A stretch of 64,000 nt of DNA, taken from the IMG/VR virus record IMGVR_UViG_3300032516_000008, positions 29,092-93,091 of that record; one strand, written 5' to 3'. Under the pieces are notes generated by a model. The model was not told where the DNA came from and made no database searches. It saw only the letters and a list, made by a program, of their open reading frames with translations. The position numbers were made by a program, and so were the translations under genes. Shown in pieces: positions 38,995-48,596 of the stretch (position 1 is the first letter of the stretch; each line of letters begins with the position of its first letter). Origin of the DNA: a virus. Lineage: Duplodnaviria; Heunggongvirae; Uroviricota; Caudoviricetes.

Positions 38995-39029
38995 AATACG
39001 TCTAATTTCTAAATAATTGGTCGGTGCTA

Positions 39030-39175
39030 CCGAACCGATTGCGCGCGATCAATTTTTCAAAATGAAAGCAAAAGTGTAGGGGCTAATTACAGCGACCCTT
39101 GCGCGCCATTTTTTTAATAAATCCTAAATTCAAAGTTTTATAATCTACTATATTCAATTAGATGTGCGCGCTACA
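39030..39175. promoter_or_regulatory. three spaced GC-palindromic TGCGCGC motifs in AT-rich convergent intergenic region
   Basis: gattGCGCGCgatc (about 39037), cttGCGCGCcatt (about 39096), atgtGCGCGCtacat (about 39160), about 60 bp apart. Confidence 0.3.
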
Positions 39176-39233
39176 TAAAAACGTCCTTTGTTGAGTGAAT
39201 AGTGTTTTTAGTAAGCGATAGCAAAAATAATAG

Positions 39234-39866
39234 TCAGGTCTGTTGTCGAAGATTTGACGCTAACCATTTTTTTGCCTCTTGACTAGTGTATATCTCATTG
39301 TTATCAATTATCTTACAAAATTGTTCGTATGAAATCTTTGGGAAAGCATGAATCGCTGAATCTAGTGAAACATTGTAGATTTTAGATGGACAATCTTTAT
39401 AGACATCAAATCTAGCATTGCCTCGTATATAGACCATTTCATCTTGTGTACCGCGATGTACAATGTCATGAAAGTGACTCTTATCATTAACAAATCGTCC
39501 ATCAAATCCAAGCAGATAAATCTCTTTGAATTTCAAAGCTATACCTAGCGATAATGAGAATAGTCCAACTAAATACGGATGATACAGTCCTTTTGACAAC
39601 CCGTCTAGTCCATGATATTCTTTTGCTGATAATAGCTTGAATACGTCTGCTGGCACATCACGACTGTCTCTTGTGATTTTAACGCATTTGAGGTTGTTTA
39701 TTACTTGCTGATGTTTAGAGTAGAAATCTCGATCAATCCAGATTAGTGCTGTGGGATCGTAATAGTGGCAAACGAAATTCAAACCAAATGTGAACTCATG
39801 ATTGAGCTTAGCTAAGTCAAATCCTTTTATGCTTGATCCGCCGCCGATGATTACTAATCTATTCAT
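39234..39866 (-). CDS. Cst-II-like (GT42 family) sialyl/nonulosonic-acid transferase-like protein
   Basis: RLVIIGGGSSIKGFDL matches Cst-II VIIAGNGPSLKEID. LGIALKFKEIYLLGFDGRF matches Cst-II ALGYKEIYLSGIDFY. A conserved NDKSHFH region is present. Confidence 0.5.
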   Translation of the reverse strand: MNRLVIIGGGSSIKGFDLAKLNHEFTFGLNFVCHYYDPTALIWIDRDFYSKHQQVINNLKCVKITRDSRDVPADVFKLLSAKEYHGLDGLSKGLYHPYLVGLFSLSLGIALKFKEIYLLGFDGRFVNDKSHFHDIVHRGTQDEMVYIRGNARFDVYKDCPSKIYNVSLDSAIHAFPKISYEQFCKIIDNNEIYTSQEAKKWLASNLRQQT

Positions 39867-42800
39867 TTTTGTATTTTCTTGATGCTTGAAAATGCTCTAT
39901 AACAGGTTTGCCAGCATCTTTCATTAAGTCAAATATTTGGCAATAAGTGGATGGCAAATGAAATACTTTCAATGAATGTAATGTGCTGACTGCCTCATGC
40001 AAATAAGATTGATCGAGTCTGTATTTCGTTCTATCTGCATTTACTAATTCAGTCCATTTAGCTAACAATTTTAGTGCACCGATAGTACAGTTGAAATACA
40101 TAGTGCCACCAAGAAGTTCAGTACTACCATTTGATTTAATTCTTGGATGAAATGCGAAATCAAACTCATTTAATGTAGATAGAAGTTGCGGATCTTGCTG
40201 TATTATGGCATCACAATCTACCCATACTACAGGTCGGTTATGCTTATTTAGCATGTCTTTGACAAATGTTGTACGATAGAAACAGTTATTGAACCAACTT
40301 CCTTGTGAATTAATACCGACAATTTCATAATCTAAATTGAATCGCCTTAATGAAGCTTCCAACTTCTTATATTCGTTTTCATAGCCTGTATTTTTTGTGT
40401 AGTAAGATATGAATAATGGTTTTACTAATCTAGATATCACAGGAGCGCATTCGACTTTTGCTATGTCATCAGCACATTCAACTTTTGCTATGTCAGGAAC
40501 ACATTCGATTTTTGCTATGTTAGATATGGGTTGCAATTTCAACGGTTCATGTTCAATTTGTATTTGCGGTTTAGTTACTGGTTTTGCTAGTTCACATTGA
40601 ATTAATTCTGAAAAAGTAGTTTGCTCAGTTTGTACTTCTAAGTTGTCGAATGTTAATTCATTTGAATTTGGTAATGACTGTATGAATTCATCGCCAAGAT
40701 TTTTTATGTCTTTGAATTTGTTTTGCATAATTAATTCAAACGCTTTATCCCATAAACTTTGATTAGCGGCCCAACTAAAAAACTTCAAAATATACTGTCT
40801 ATTTCTCTTACCTACTTCTTGTCGCAGTGACTTACTATTACTAAGTAATGACAATCGATTGTTCATTTCTGAAATAACATTTTCTTCAGGCAATGTACTT
40901 ACGATCCATTCTTTATCTAACAACATTCCTATACAACCAACCCTTGTTGAAACTACAGGCAATCCACAAGACATGGCCTCTAATACTACTCTTGGCATAC
41001 ACTCGCTAATACTTGTCAATACTAGTACATCAATTGAGTGATAAAATAACTTCATGTCATTTAATGATCTACCATCAGAGAAAAACTGCTTGCCCCAGTC
41101 ACTTTTCTTAATAACATTGAATTTTAGTTTATTTAGTAAATGTGGTCGCTTTACATCACGCAAACAACCGGCCCAACCAACTATAAAGTTATTGTCATCT
41201 TTCACGGCTGCAGTAAAGAAGTTGGTATCAATTGATTCTGGTAGAAACGCTACAGACTTATTAGGATACATGTTGTTCAAACAGTCCAGATGTCTCATAG
41301 ATATTGACACTATAAGATCTGGGTCAGTGTCATATTTTAGTTTTGATTCTCCACCATAACCACCAATAACTTTGATGCCTTTTTGTTTTAATACTGAAAC
41401 TAGACTGTTGATTTTAGCATGATCAATATTTGGTGCATGAATGTACACTATGTCTGCATCTATGTCAGTGACATCGATTAATCGTTTGTATGTGATATCA
41501 TGCGAAGAATACAGTTGTTGTTCTTTTGCTACAAAATAGTATGCCCAACCAAATTGGTCAATTATTTTGCAAATTCTAAGCTTTTTAGGAACTGGTTTAG
41601 ACTGTGTTACTATTTGTTTTGTTAGTGGCTTATATTCATCCCAATTTCTGAAACACATTTTGCATGTGTCTGTCATCTTATTAACGTCACATAAACTGTC
41701 TCTTAGTTTTCTAGCACTATCATTTAACCAAACATTTTCAAAATTCTTAAGTGATCCATTAGCTCTATTTGGTGCATAAACTGATCCGCAAAATGTTACA
41801 CTACCATTGCCGTTTATTCCTATTGTAGTCCAAGGTATTTGACAATTGCAACGAACTTCATTACGGTTTATTAATGTCGGAAATACCTTAATCAAATTAG
41901 CTTCGGGCAGATCTTGTAATGCATCAATTTTATGCTTGTCATCATATGTTAACACTTCTTGCCAAAACGACTCGTCATTATAATCGCTTGCTAAGTGCGG
42001 TAACAGATTTAATAAGTGCACAGTCTTTACACCTAAAGAGTTCACTAACGTCAAAAATTCAGGAATATATCGTAGATTACTTTTTGTGCATACGTAGGAA
42101 CAATACGTGGGTAAACCATTACTTACGCAGAGTCCTATTCCTTGTAAGACAGTATTAAATATCAATGATTTGTTTATTTCATTATGCATCTTTGCATTTG
42201 ACGCGTTTAAGCTTATAGATATATAGTCTGGTCTGTTTGCTAATAGGCTATTGATTTTTTCAACTATTAGTGATCCGTTTGTTATTAGTCCAACAACTTT
42301 GTTTCTTGATTTTAGAAATGATATGATGTCAAAAAGACTATCACATAAAAAAGGTTCTCCGTAGCCAGCACAACAAACGCCTCTAATTGATGGATGTTTG
42401 ATTAACAGATCACTGACATTTTTTAGTGTCATGTCAATCGACTGTTCAATTGATTGCGAATTACGATAGCAAAATCTGCAGTTGAAATTACATTTTGATG
42501 TTAGATACAGGTTTGCACTAACAGGTGGATTCATAAAACTTCTCATTGTTTCAAACGATGTATTTCTGTTTCTAAAGTCTTTCTCACCAACTTGAACAGC
42601 GTCTGTAATCAGACTTGTATATGCACCAAGTAAAGCATATAAATTCTGTTCAGTTGGTTCAGCTTTCAACATTGACCATAACTTTACAGGTAGGTCACTC
42701 ATCCAGATATATTTGAACTGTTTGAATTTGTCAAGTAAATTACGATATCTATCAAATATTCCTTCATTAGACCAATATGGTGCATGCTGGCCAACTACAT

Positions 42801-43245
42801 TAGTCATTAATGTAATTTCATATTTGTCATTTTTCATTCTATCCATTTGTTCAACTTCGCACGACATTGAGGACAAGTCGTATGGATATCTCTTAAGTAT
42901 GTCGTGCTTGTAAATCTTGACACCATAAATTTCAAAATTCAAATGTACATCAATCAACTTACAAGCAATCATAGCTGTCATTGGTGCAGATTCAACAGCA
43001 TACTTGTGTAAGGTTTCAATACCGTTTGCATTCATGACCATATCTTCATCAATTTCAATATAGTATCGAGTCTTGCAAGAATCTATCATGCACTGAAAAG
43101 CTCTTGACATTGGATGAACGTTTTTGATAATCTCGACTTTGAATGAAACTGTTTGAGAGTTTAATGACTGCAAGCATGCGTCATAGCAAGGATTATGACC
43201 GCTACTTATGACAAAAACTGTTAAGTCAGATAAAAACACGCTCAT
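39859..43245 (-). CDS. four-domain enzyme: GT2 glycosyltransferase - radical SAM/SPASM - GT4 glycosyltransferase - linker repeats - GT-A (DxD) nucleotide-sugar transferase
   Basis: N-terminal GT2 motifs (VFVISSGHN...SLNSQT, EIDEDM). Radical SAM LTSKCNFNCRFC plus GYGEPFL, with SPASM-like cysteines CNCQIPW...GSVTFCGSVY. GT4 motif EAMSCGLPVVSTRVG. 3x IAK(I/V)EC linker repeats. C-terminal VWVDCDAII. Confidence 0.7.
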   Translation of the reverse strand: MSVFLSDLTVFVISSGHNPCYDACLQSLNSQTVSFKVEIIKNVHPMSRAFQCMIDSCKTRYYIEIDEDMVMNANGIETLHKYAVESAPMTAMIACKLIDVHLNFEIYGVKIYKHDILKRYPYDLSSMSCEVEQMDRMKNDKYEITLMTNVVGQHAPYWSNEGIFDRYRNLLDKFKQFKYIWMSDLPVKLWSMLKAEPTEQNLYALLGAYTSLITDAVQVGEKDFRNRNTSFETMRSFMNPPVSANLYLTSKCNFNCRFCYRNSQSIEQSIDMTLKNVSDLLIKHPSIRGVCCAGYGEPFLCDSLFDIISFLKSRNKVVGLITNGSLIVEKINSLLANRPDYISISLNASNAKMHNEINKSLIFNTVLQGIGLCVSNGLPTYCSYVCTKSNLRYIPEFLTLVNSLGVKTVHLLNLLPHLASDYNDESFWQEVLTYDDKHKIDALQDLPEANLIKVFPTLINRNEVRCNCQIPWTTIGINGNGSVTFCGSVYAPNRANGSLKNFENVWLNDSARKLRDSLCDVNKMTDTCKMCFRNWDEYKPLTKQIVTQSKPVPKKLRICKIIDQFGWAYYFVAKEQQLYSSHDITYKRLIDVTDIDADIVYIHAPNIDHAKINSLVSVLKQKGIKVIGGYGGESKLKYDTDPDLIVSISMRHLDCLNNMYPNKSVAFLPESIDTNFFTAAVKDDNNFIVGWAGCLRDVKRPHLLNKLKFNVIKKSDWGKQFFSDGRSLNDMKLFYHSIDVLVLTSISECMPRVVLEAMSCGLPVVSTRVGCIGMLLDKEWIVSTLPEENVISEMNNRLSLLSNSKSLRQEVGKRNRQYILKFFSWAANQSLWDKAFELIMQNKFKDIKNLGDEFIQSLPNSNELTFDNLEVQTEQTTFSELIQCELAKPVTKPQIQIEHEPLKLQPISNIAKIECVPDIAKVECADDIAKVECAPVISRLVKPLFISYYTKNTGYENEYKKLEASLRRFNLDYEIVGINSQGSWFNNCFYRTTFVKDMLNKHNRPVVWVDCDAIIQQDPQLLSTLNEFDFAFHPRIKSNGSTELLGGTMYFNCTIGALKLLAKWTELVNADRTKYRLDQSYLHEAVSTLHSLKVFHLPSTYCQIFDLMKDAGKPVIEHFQASRKYKNE
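40445..40525 (-). repeat. 3 x 27-bp tandem repeat encoding IAK(I/V)EC(V/A)xD linker units inside the multidomain gene
   Basis: gcRcattcRaYttttgctatgtYa repeated three times. Confidence 0.8.
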
Positions 43246-43772
43246 ACTTTTGTCGCTTCTACATTTAAGCTAATAAGAGTTCCATTTATTTTATCTTGTG
43301 GAATATATGCTTGACTGTAGTCATCAACATCTGCATGCTCTGTTAGTCTCCAATCATAACGTCTAATATCTTTTGCACCTGCTAATTCAAGTACATGTTT
43401 CAAAGACTTAAAGTCAAATCCTGTATAGTGAAAATTGTACAAGTAATTGCACCTACCAAATATAGGGCCTAGTATTAATGAAATATCATCTGTTTTCTCA
43501 TATACTTTAAGTAGACTTTGCATATCTGGCACAGATATTCTCAATGTACCATTTACTTTTAGCACTCTTAACCATTCATGAAGAACATCTATAATGACTT
43601 TTTTGTGAAAGTGCTCTAATACATGACAACTATAAACTACATCACATGATTCATCTTCAATCATTGGTAGACGATCAACACTATTCACTATATCAATATG
43701 AGGGTATTCTATAACATCAATGTGCGTATAGCCAGGGATATATCGTTTGCCGCAACCTAAATGTAACTTCAT
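43242..43772 (-). CDS. class I SAM-dependent methyltransferase
   Basis: MKLHLGCGKRYIPGYTHID motif I. Confidence 0.6.
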   Translation of the reverse strand: MKLHLGCGKRYIPGYTHIDVIEYPHIDIVNSVDRLPMIEDESCDVVYSCHVLEHFHKKVIIDVLHEWLRVLKVNGTLRISVPDMQSLLKVYEKTDDISLILGPIFGRCNYLYNFHYTGFDFKSLKHVLELAGAKDIRRYDWRLTEHADVDDYSQAYIPQDKINGTLISLNVEATKV

Positions 43773-44731
43773 TATTTTGTCCTTGTTGCAAGTATATTTG
43801 ACAGTTCTAATAATTGATCGTGATAATGTGACTGACAGTCAAATCCTAAGTCTTTACATAGAAATCTCATGCATGACTCAAAAGTTCTCATACCAACTAA
43901 GACTTTTTGATGTTTTGCAATTGATTGCTGATACTCTTGAATTTTTTGTCGCGACATGCTTTTAAGATATTTCATTAGATCAGCTTCAGACCAGAAATCT
44001 CTGTAATCAACGTAGCACTCTTTAGGAATAAATGTTGACGCATCTTTTGGCCCTAAATAAACAGGTATACAACCAGCTGCTATCAAATCGAACGGTTTTT
44101 CAGTCAAGTGACCCAAATCTAATTGACTTTCTATAGCAAAAGCAAACGTATAGTCTGATAGCAGTTTCACTTTAGCAGAATATCGCGGTAAGTTTTTGTC
44201 GCAAGCATCACTAGAATCTTTCTTAATTTCTAATGGTACTGGTTTATCTGAACTTCCATAAACATCCATACCCAAATCTTTGAACTTGCGAATTATAGTG
44301 TTTCTTGGCTCACCATCACGAAAATAGTTGGTTATAACAGTACCAATGAATTTTGATCGGTTATTGACTGGACAACATTCATCTTCAGTAATCCACATCG
44401 GTATCGGCATATATTTAACAGTGTCACCATCAACATCAGTCGAATTATAAGTATAGATTCTTCCAAACTTTTGCTGATATCTTAGTCTAAATCCATGAGG
44501 CTGACGATAACGACCCTCGTAATGAATCAATACTCGTTTTGAATAGTCAAATCTGTCAATGACTGCTGATACTAGTTCTCTGCGAGCAGCATCATAAGGT
44601 TGAAATACTACAAACCAATCATCTTTACTTGGTTCAACATCTGCTGTAATATTTTTGACTTCAATACTACAGTACTTATACCAATGCCAATAAGACATAG
44701 TATAGATCATCGTTGCTCCATCAATTGCCAC
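43772..44731 (-). CDS. GT10-family (alpha-1,3-fucosyltransferase-like) glycosyltransferase
   Basis: YTFAFAIES...GHLTEKPFDLIAAGCIPVYLG matches the FucT motif YKFYLAFENS..DYITEK....GAVPVV. Confidence 0.55.
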   Translation of the reverse strand: MAIDGATMIYTMSYWHWYKYCSIEVKNITADVEPSKDDWFVVFQPYDAARRELVSAVIDRFDYSKRVLIHYEGRYRQPHGFRLRYQQKFGRIYTYNSTDVDGDTVKYMPIPMWITEDECCPVNNRSKFIGTVITNYFRDGEPRNTIIRKFKDLGMDVYGSSDKPVPLEIKKDSSDACDKNLPRYSAKVKLLSDYTFAFAIESQLDLGHLTEKPFDLIAAGCIPVYLGPKDASTFIPKECYVDYRDFWSEADLMKYLKSMSRQKIQEYQQSIAKHQKVLVGMRTFESCMRFLCKDLGFDCQSHYHDQLLELSNILATRTK

Positions 44732-45309
44732 TCTTGCACAGTTAGTAAATTGAGTATTTGCTTTCTATACTTACAAAGAAAAGCAAAATCAAACATTGTT
44801 TCAGCACATTCAAATAATTCTTGCTGTCCTGGCTTTATAATTCCAATGCCTTCATCTACATCAATAGTACAGATTGACAAATTAGGATCAAACATTCTAT
44901 AAAACAATATTGCTTTCCAAACTGATCCGTTCCAATGAGACACAGTAATGTTCTCTGTTTGATGAACTTCTAATTCAGGATTACAATCATGTAAAAGTAT
45001 AATTCCGTCAGTACTCAAACATTTTAGTGAATTTGAAATGTCTTTGATCACTTGAGCTGCTTTGTGATCGCCGTCTATAAAAATGATATCGTATTGACTA
45101 GTATTACTTGAGAAAAATGCATCAGAACTCATAAGATGATTACAGGGATTTACAGGATCAACTGCATCTTTTACTGCAGCACTAATTTTGTTGAAATTGG
45201 CAGATGCATTTCCAATGCCTATTTCAAGATAACGACAATTTTGTTTTTTGCTTGTGTAGAAATTGATGATGTCTGTTCTATTCATGATTTTTTCCAGTAT
45301 GCTCCCCAA
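44707..45309 (-). CDS. SAM-dependent methyltransferase (CmcI/class I-like)
   Basis: IFIDGDHKAAQVIKD...DGIILLHDC. Confidence 0.45.
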   Translation of the reverse strand: MGSILEKIMNRTDIINFYTSKKQNCRYLEIGIGNASANFNKISAAVKDAVDPVNPCNHLMSSDAFFSSNTSQYDIIFIDGDHKAAQVIKDISNSLKCLSTDGIILLHDCNPELEVHQTENITVSHWNGSVWKAILFYRMFDPNLSICTIDVDEGIGIIKPGQQELFECAETMFDFAFLCKYRKQILNLLTVQEWQLMEQR

Positions 45310-45983
45310 GCGTCAATAATGACGATCGGATCGTGAATATTATGTAGTTTTCTAAAATCTTCAACAGCTGTTCTGCAATTTACCCAGTTATAATCATCAA
45401 TAATAACGAACCCATTTTTCTGGACTTTATGATATAACGCAGTTAATGAATCCCAAGTTGACTCATATAAGTCACCATCTAATCTCAATACAGCAATTTT
45501 ATCTATCATACTATTTGTAAGAGTATCTTTGAACCAACCCTTTAGAAATACTACATTAGTGTCTAGTAATGCATACTTTTCAAAATTATGCTTTACTTGA
45601 TCAACATCAACTCTTAAATAGTCAATGGTATGCATAGTACTATTCTTGTCAATTGGATACTTTTCTGTATTAGGCGCAGGCAAACCTTGAAAAGAATCAG
45701 CTACAAACACTTTTCGATCTGTAATATTGTATGCTTTCAAAATACCTTGCATAAAAATTACAGCACCACCACGCCACACACCGGTTTCAATTAGATCACC
45801 TTGCACATCATTTGCTATAACACTTTCGACACAATGTTGTATATTGTCAAGTCGTTTACGGCCTATCATAGTGAACGCTCGCTTAGGCCAATACGTACCA
45901 TTAGTTGTATGAGTCGTCTCTTCTTCATATATTATGTCAAGCAACGATCGCTTCAGCAAATCTAAGTACAGCTCTTTACACAT
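45282..45983 (-). CDS. TylF/MycF-family macrocin-type sugar O-methyltransferase
   Basis: FTMIGRKRLDNIQHCVESV...GDLIETGVWRGGAVIFMQGIL...RKVFVADSFQGLP matches the TylF signature. Confidence 0.7.
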   Translation of the reverse strand: MCKELYLDLLKRSLLDIIYEEETTHTTNGTYWPKRAFTMIGRKRLDNIQHCVESVIANDVQGDLIETGVWRGGAVIFMQGILKAYNITDRKVFVADSFQGLPAPNTEKYPIDKNSTMHTIDYLRVDVDQVKHNFEKYALLDTNVVFLKGWFKDTLTNSMIDKIAVLRLDGDLYESTWDSLTALYHKVQKNGFVIIDDYNWVNCRTAVEDFRKLHNIHDPIVIIDAWGAYWKKS

Positions 45984-46796
45984 TTAGTACTCAAATCTAT
46001 TCATTGTGTTAACGCTTGCATGTATTTGACACGTGTTATTAATGTCACCTCGTAAAATACATATCCATAAGCCTGCATTGTTAGTATCATAAACTACATA
46101 CTTACACTTACTCAAAATAGCAATCGCAGCCAAATAATTGACACCCAAATCGTAATTACTCATTTTTGTATCACGTTGTAAATTATGCATCACTTGATCT
46201 GTTTTTGTCAACGGCATTTCTTCAATGTGAAACGAATTAGGTAACTCGTGTTTGAAATAGTCTAATGCCTGTTGTTGATCTGTCTGTATAAGTACCCTAT
46301 AATTTGAAATGTCCTTAATCGGACTGATTGGTTTCAAATAATACTTTGGATGCACTCTTGGCACTTCAAGAATTTTATCAGTACCTCTATAAAGAATTGC
46401 AATAGTGTGATCAAAATCTATACTGTACTTTTGAATAAATGATTCTTGTTTAACTATTACTTCACTAGACAAATTGAAATATGTATCTCTAATTGGTTTT
46501 AGTACACTAAAATCAAACTTATTACAATCACCAATCATTGCATTAAAATAAATGTCTTGTCCTGTCTTAATATCACTGTTAACTGTCGTAAAATATAGAT
46601 CATAAACATTTCGACTCAATCTGTCAGGCTTGTTCCAAGCTGACGTATATGGCCATAATATTTTCACAAGTCTTGACGCATTTTTGTGTATCGATAGTAG
46701 ACTCTTAAATGTCACGCTAGCATTAGATAACAAACCACAATCATGTTTGTCAAGACTTAATGTGCTATTTTCTTGATCGTATGTTACGCCGTACAT
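45984..46796 (-). CDS. hypothetical protein in glycosylation island
   Basis: ORF tightly packed in the operon (ATGA overlaps). Confidence 0.4.
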   Translation of the reverse strand: MYGVTYDQENSTLSLDKHDCGLLSNASVTFKSLLSIHKNASRLVKILWPYTSAWNKPDRLSRNVYDLYFTTVNSDIKTGQDIYFNAMIGDCNKFDFSVLKPIRDTYFNLSSEVIVKQESFIQKYSIDFDHTIAILYRGTDKILEVPRVHPKYYLKPISPIKDISNYRVLIQTDQQQALDYFKHELPNSFHIEEMPLTKTDQVMHNLQRDTKMSNYDLGVNYLAAIAILSKCKYVVYDTNNAGLWICILRGDINNTCQIHASVNTMNRFEY

Positions 46797-47848
46797 TATA
46801 GGTTCTTTTCTAATATTCTAATTTCTCTAGAACTAACTATTACTTCTCTAGTTTTGAAGCCTGTCAATTGCAATATGTACTCGTCAAAATTGTCTCTTTT
46901 AGATTCATACATCCATGAGAACTGATCTTCATTCGGATTTGGTAATGTATAGATTATAAACTTAGTCTTTTGTGCTACTGTTTGCAAGAATTTTTCAAAC
47001 ACTTCTATAGGACATAATCTCGATATATGATGCAGTATTGCTAGACACAATGTGCAATCTGCACTTTCACTAGTCTCAATGTAGTCTATTGCATTTGTAT
47101 TATGACAAGAAAACCCTATTTTGTTTAGCAGTATACTTGCTATTTGAAATCTAATTTTGTCAGATTCAATGCCTATACCATGCTTAATCAGATCTTTTAG
47201 TTTGTAAAGAGTGAAACCGTGACAAGTACCCAAATCTAATACGCTGTCAATCTTGTTTTGTTTGAAGAAGTCGCAGATAATTTGCTCTTTGTTACCGTCA
47301 ATTGCTGTGGCCCAGTCACTAAAGTCAGGATGCGGTATCGGCTGATATAGCATTTTGTTAGGATACAAATCTTCAATTTCTTTGTATAGTTCAGCCCATC
47401 CCGGTAATCGCTCACATATTGTAACTTCTATAGGCAACCGCTTGAAAGTCAATAAGCTTATTCTATGCATGCCATCCCAAATGTCAATGGCGCCATTACA
47501 GCGAACTTTCACAGGTCTATATCCATAATAGTGCGCAGAATTCGTATCAGTTTGCAATATGCTATATTCCTCTTGCCACTTAGGAGCTATCAAATACATA
47601 GCTCTATATCTAGCACATTGCTTCACAATGTCATCTTCATTTTTCAATATTCCGCCCCACACAACATTGTCAGCTATAAACATTGACATTAACCATTTGT
47701 AATAGAAAGTAGATTCTAAAGGTATGTCAATATTTTCTTGCCATTGCTGCGCGGTCAAATAATGAGGACCAGATTTAATGAAATCTAGTAAATCAGTACT
47801 CCAAGGATCATTACCAATTAGTACTTTTTTCGGTATCATAATTTTCAT
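46796..47848 (-). CDS. protein with C-terminal class I SAM methyltransferase domain
   Basis: DSVLDLGTCHGFTLYKL motif I. Confidence 0.5.
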   Translation of the reverse strand: MKIMIPKKVLIGNDPWSTDLLDFIKSGPHYLTAQQWQENIDIPLESTFYYKWLMSMFIADNVVWGGILKNEDDIVKQCARYRAMYLIAPKWQEEYSILQTDTNSAHYYGYRPVKVRCNGAIDIWDGMHRISLLTFKRLPIEVTICERLPGWAELYKEIEDLYPNKMLYQPIPHPDFSDWATAIDGNKEQIICDFFKQNKIDSVLDLGTCHGFTLYKLKDLIKHGIGIESDKIRFQIASILLNKIGFSCHNTNAIDYIETSESADCTLCLAILHHISRLCPIEVFEKFLQTVAQKTKFIIYTLPNPNEDQFSWMYESKRDNFDEYILQLTGFKTREVIVSSREIRILEKNL

Positions 47849-47915
47849 CTAAGAGATCAAAAAAAAAGCTGATAACATATTCTATGTCATCAGCTTTTTC
47901 AAATTTATGAATTAG

Positions 47916-48596
47916 TTACACTCTTCTAAAAGGCTGCTCAAACGGTGACGGTGCAGTTATACTAACTCCCATTGCTGCAGGTCTGCCAGTTGCAGGTTTT
48001 GCAACAACATTAACGATATAATTGTAAGCATCACTCCAAATTGATCCATCATTCACTCGTACAGGTATTGATCGTGAAGTAGTTGACAAACTACCTTCAA
48101 TTAAAATCTTCACTGATGTACTGGTTGATGAAATTATCGAGTATCCTATACCAGTAGAAGCTAATAGTGTGAATTGTTGAGGATATATCTTACTAGTAGT
48201 AACAATCAAATTGTTAAGAGCTATGGTAAGATATGAACCAATGTACAACTTAGGAAAACTAGTCTGATTTGAAATAACAGGCATCTCAACAACTGATACA
48301 CTAAGACCAAACCAATCACTCCATGTTGAACCACCGTCATTACTAATTCTAACAGCGACGGATAATGAACCAACATAACTAGTTGTAGGAATGACGTCAA
48401 ATTCTTCTACTATACCTGAATCTTGATTCACTGCATAATGAGCTCCAGCTTGACCTTCAATCACCCAATCTTTTCCACTACCATCAGGAAAATCAGGATC
48501 ATCAGTGAATAGATCTACCAAATGAACTACTAATGTCTTGTTTTTTCCTGAAACAATCGGACTAACTCTTTGACCAGTAATAACAGGAGTTGCCAT
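47916..48596 (-). CDS. Ser/Thr-rich Ig-like (cadherin/BIG-like) domain protein, first gene of minus-strand island
   Basis: AGGA ribosome-binding site on the minus strand. Two beta-sandwich-like segments with S/T-rich stretches (SSTSTSV, LSTTSRS). Confidence 0.45.
   Translation of the reverse strand: MATPVITGQRVSPIVSGKNKTLVVHLVDLFTDDPDFPDGSGKDWVIEGQAGAHYAVNQDSGIVEEFDVIPTTSYVGSLSVAVRISNDGGSTWSDWFGLSVSVVEMPVISNQTSFPKLYIGSYLTIALNNLIVTTSKIYPQQFTLLASTGIGYSIISSTSTSVKILIEGSLSTTSRSIPVRVNDGSIWSDAYNYIVNVVAKPATGRPAAMGVSITAPSPFEQPFRRV

Noticed and set aside
40445-40525. Possible CRISPR-like repeat
   Set aside because: It is only three contiguous 27-bp tandem units with no spacers, lying in-frame inside a CDS and encoding IAK(I/V)EC linker repeats. 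It is not a CRISPR array, and no CRISPR arrays were seen elsewhere.
40409-42913. Plus-strand small ORFs inside the minus-strand multidomain gene (40409, 40859, 41054, 41567, 41919, 42713)
   Set aside because: They are antisense to a continuous 1128-aa ORF with clear domain signatures. The ORF at 40409 merely mirrors the 27-bp tandem coding repeat.
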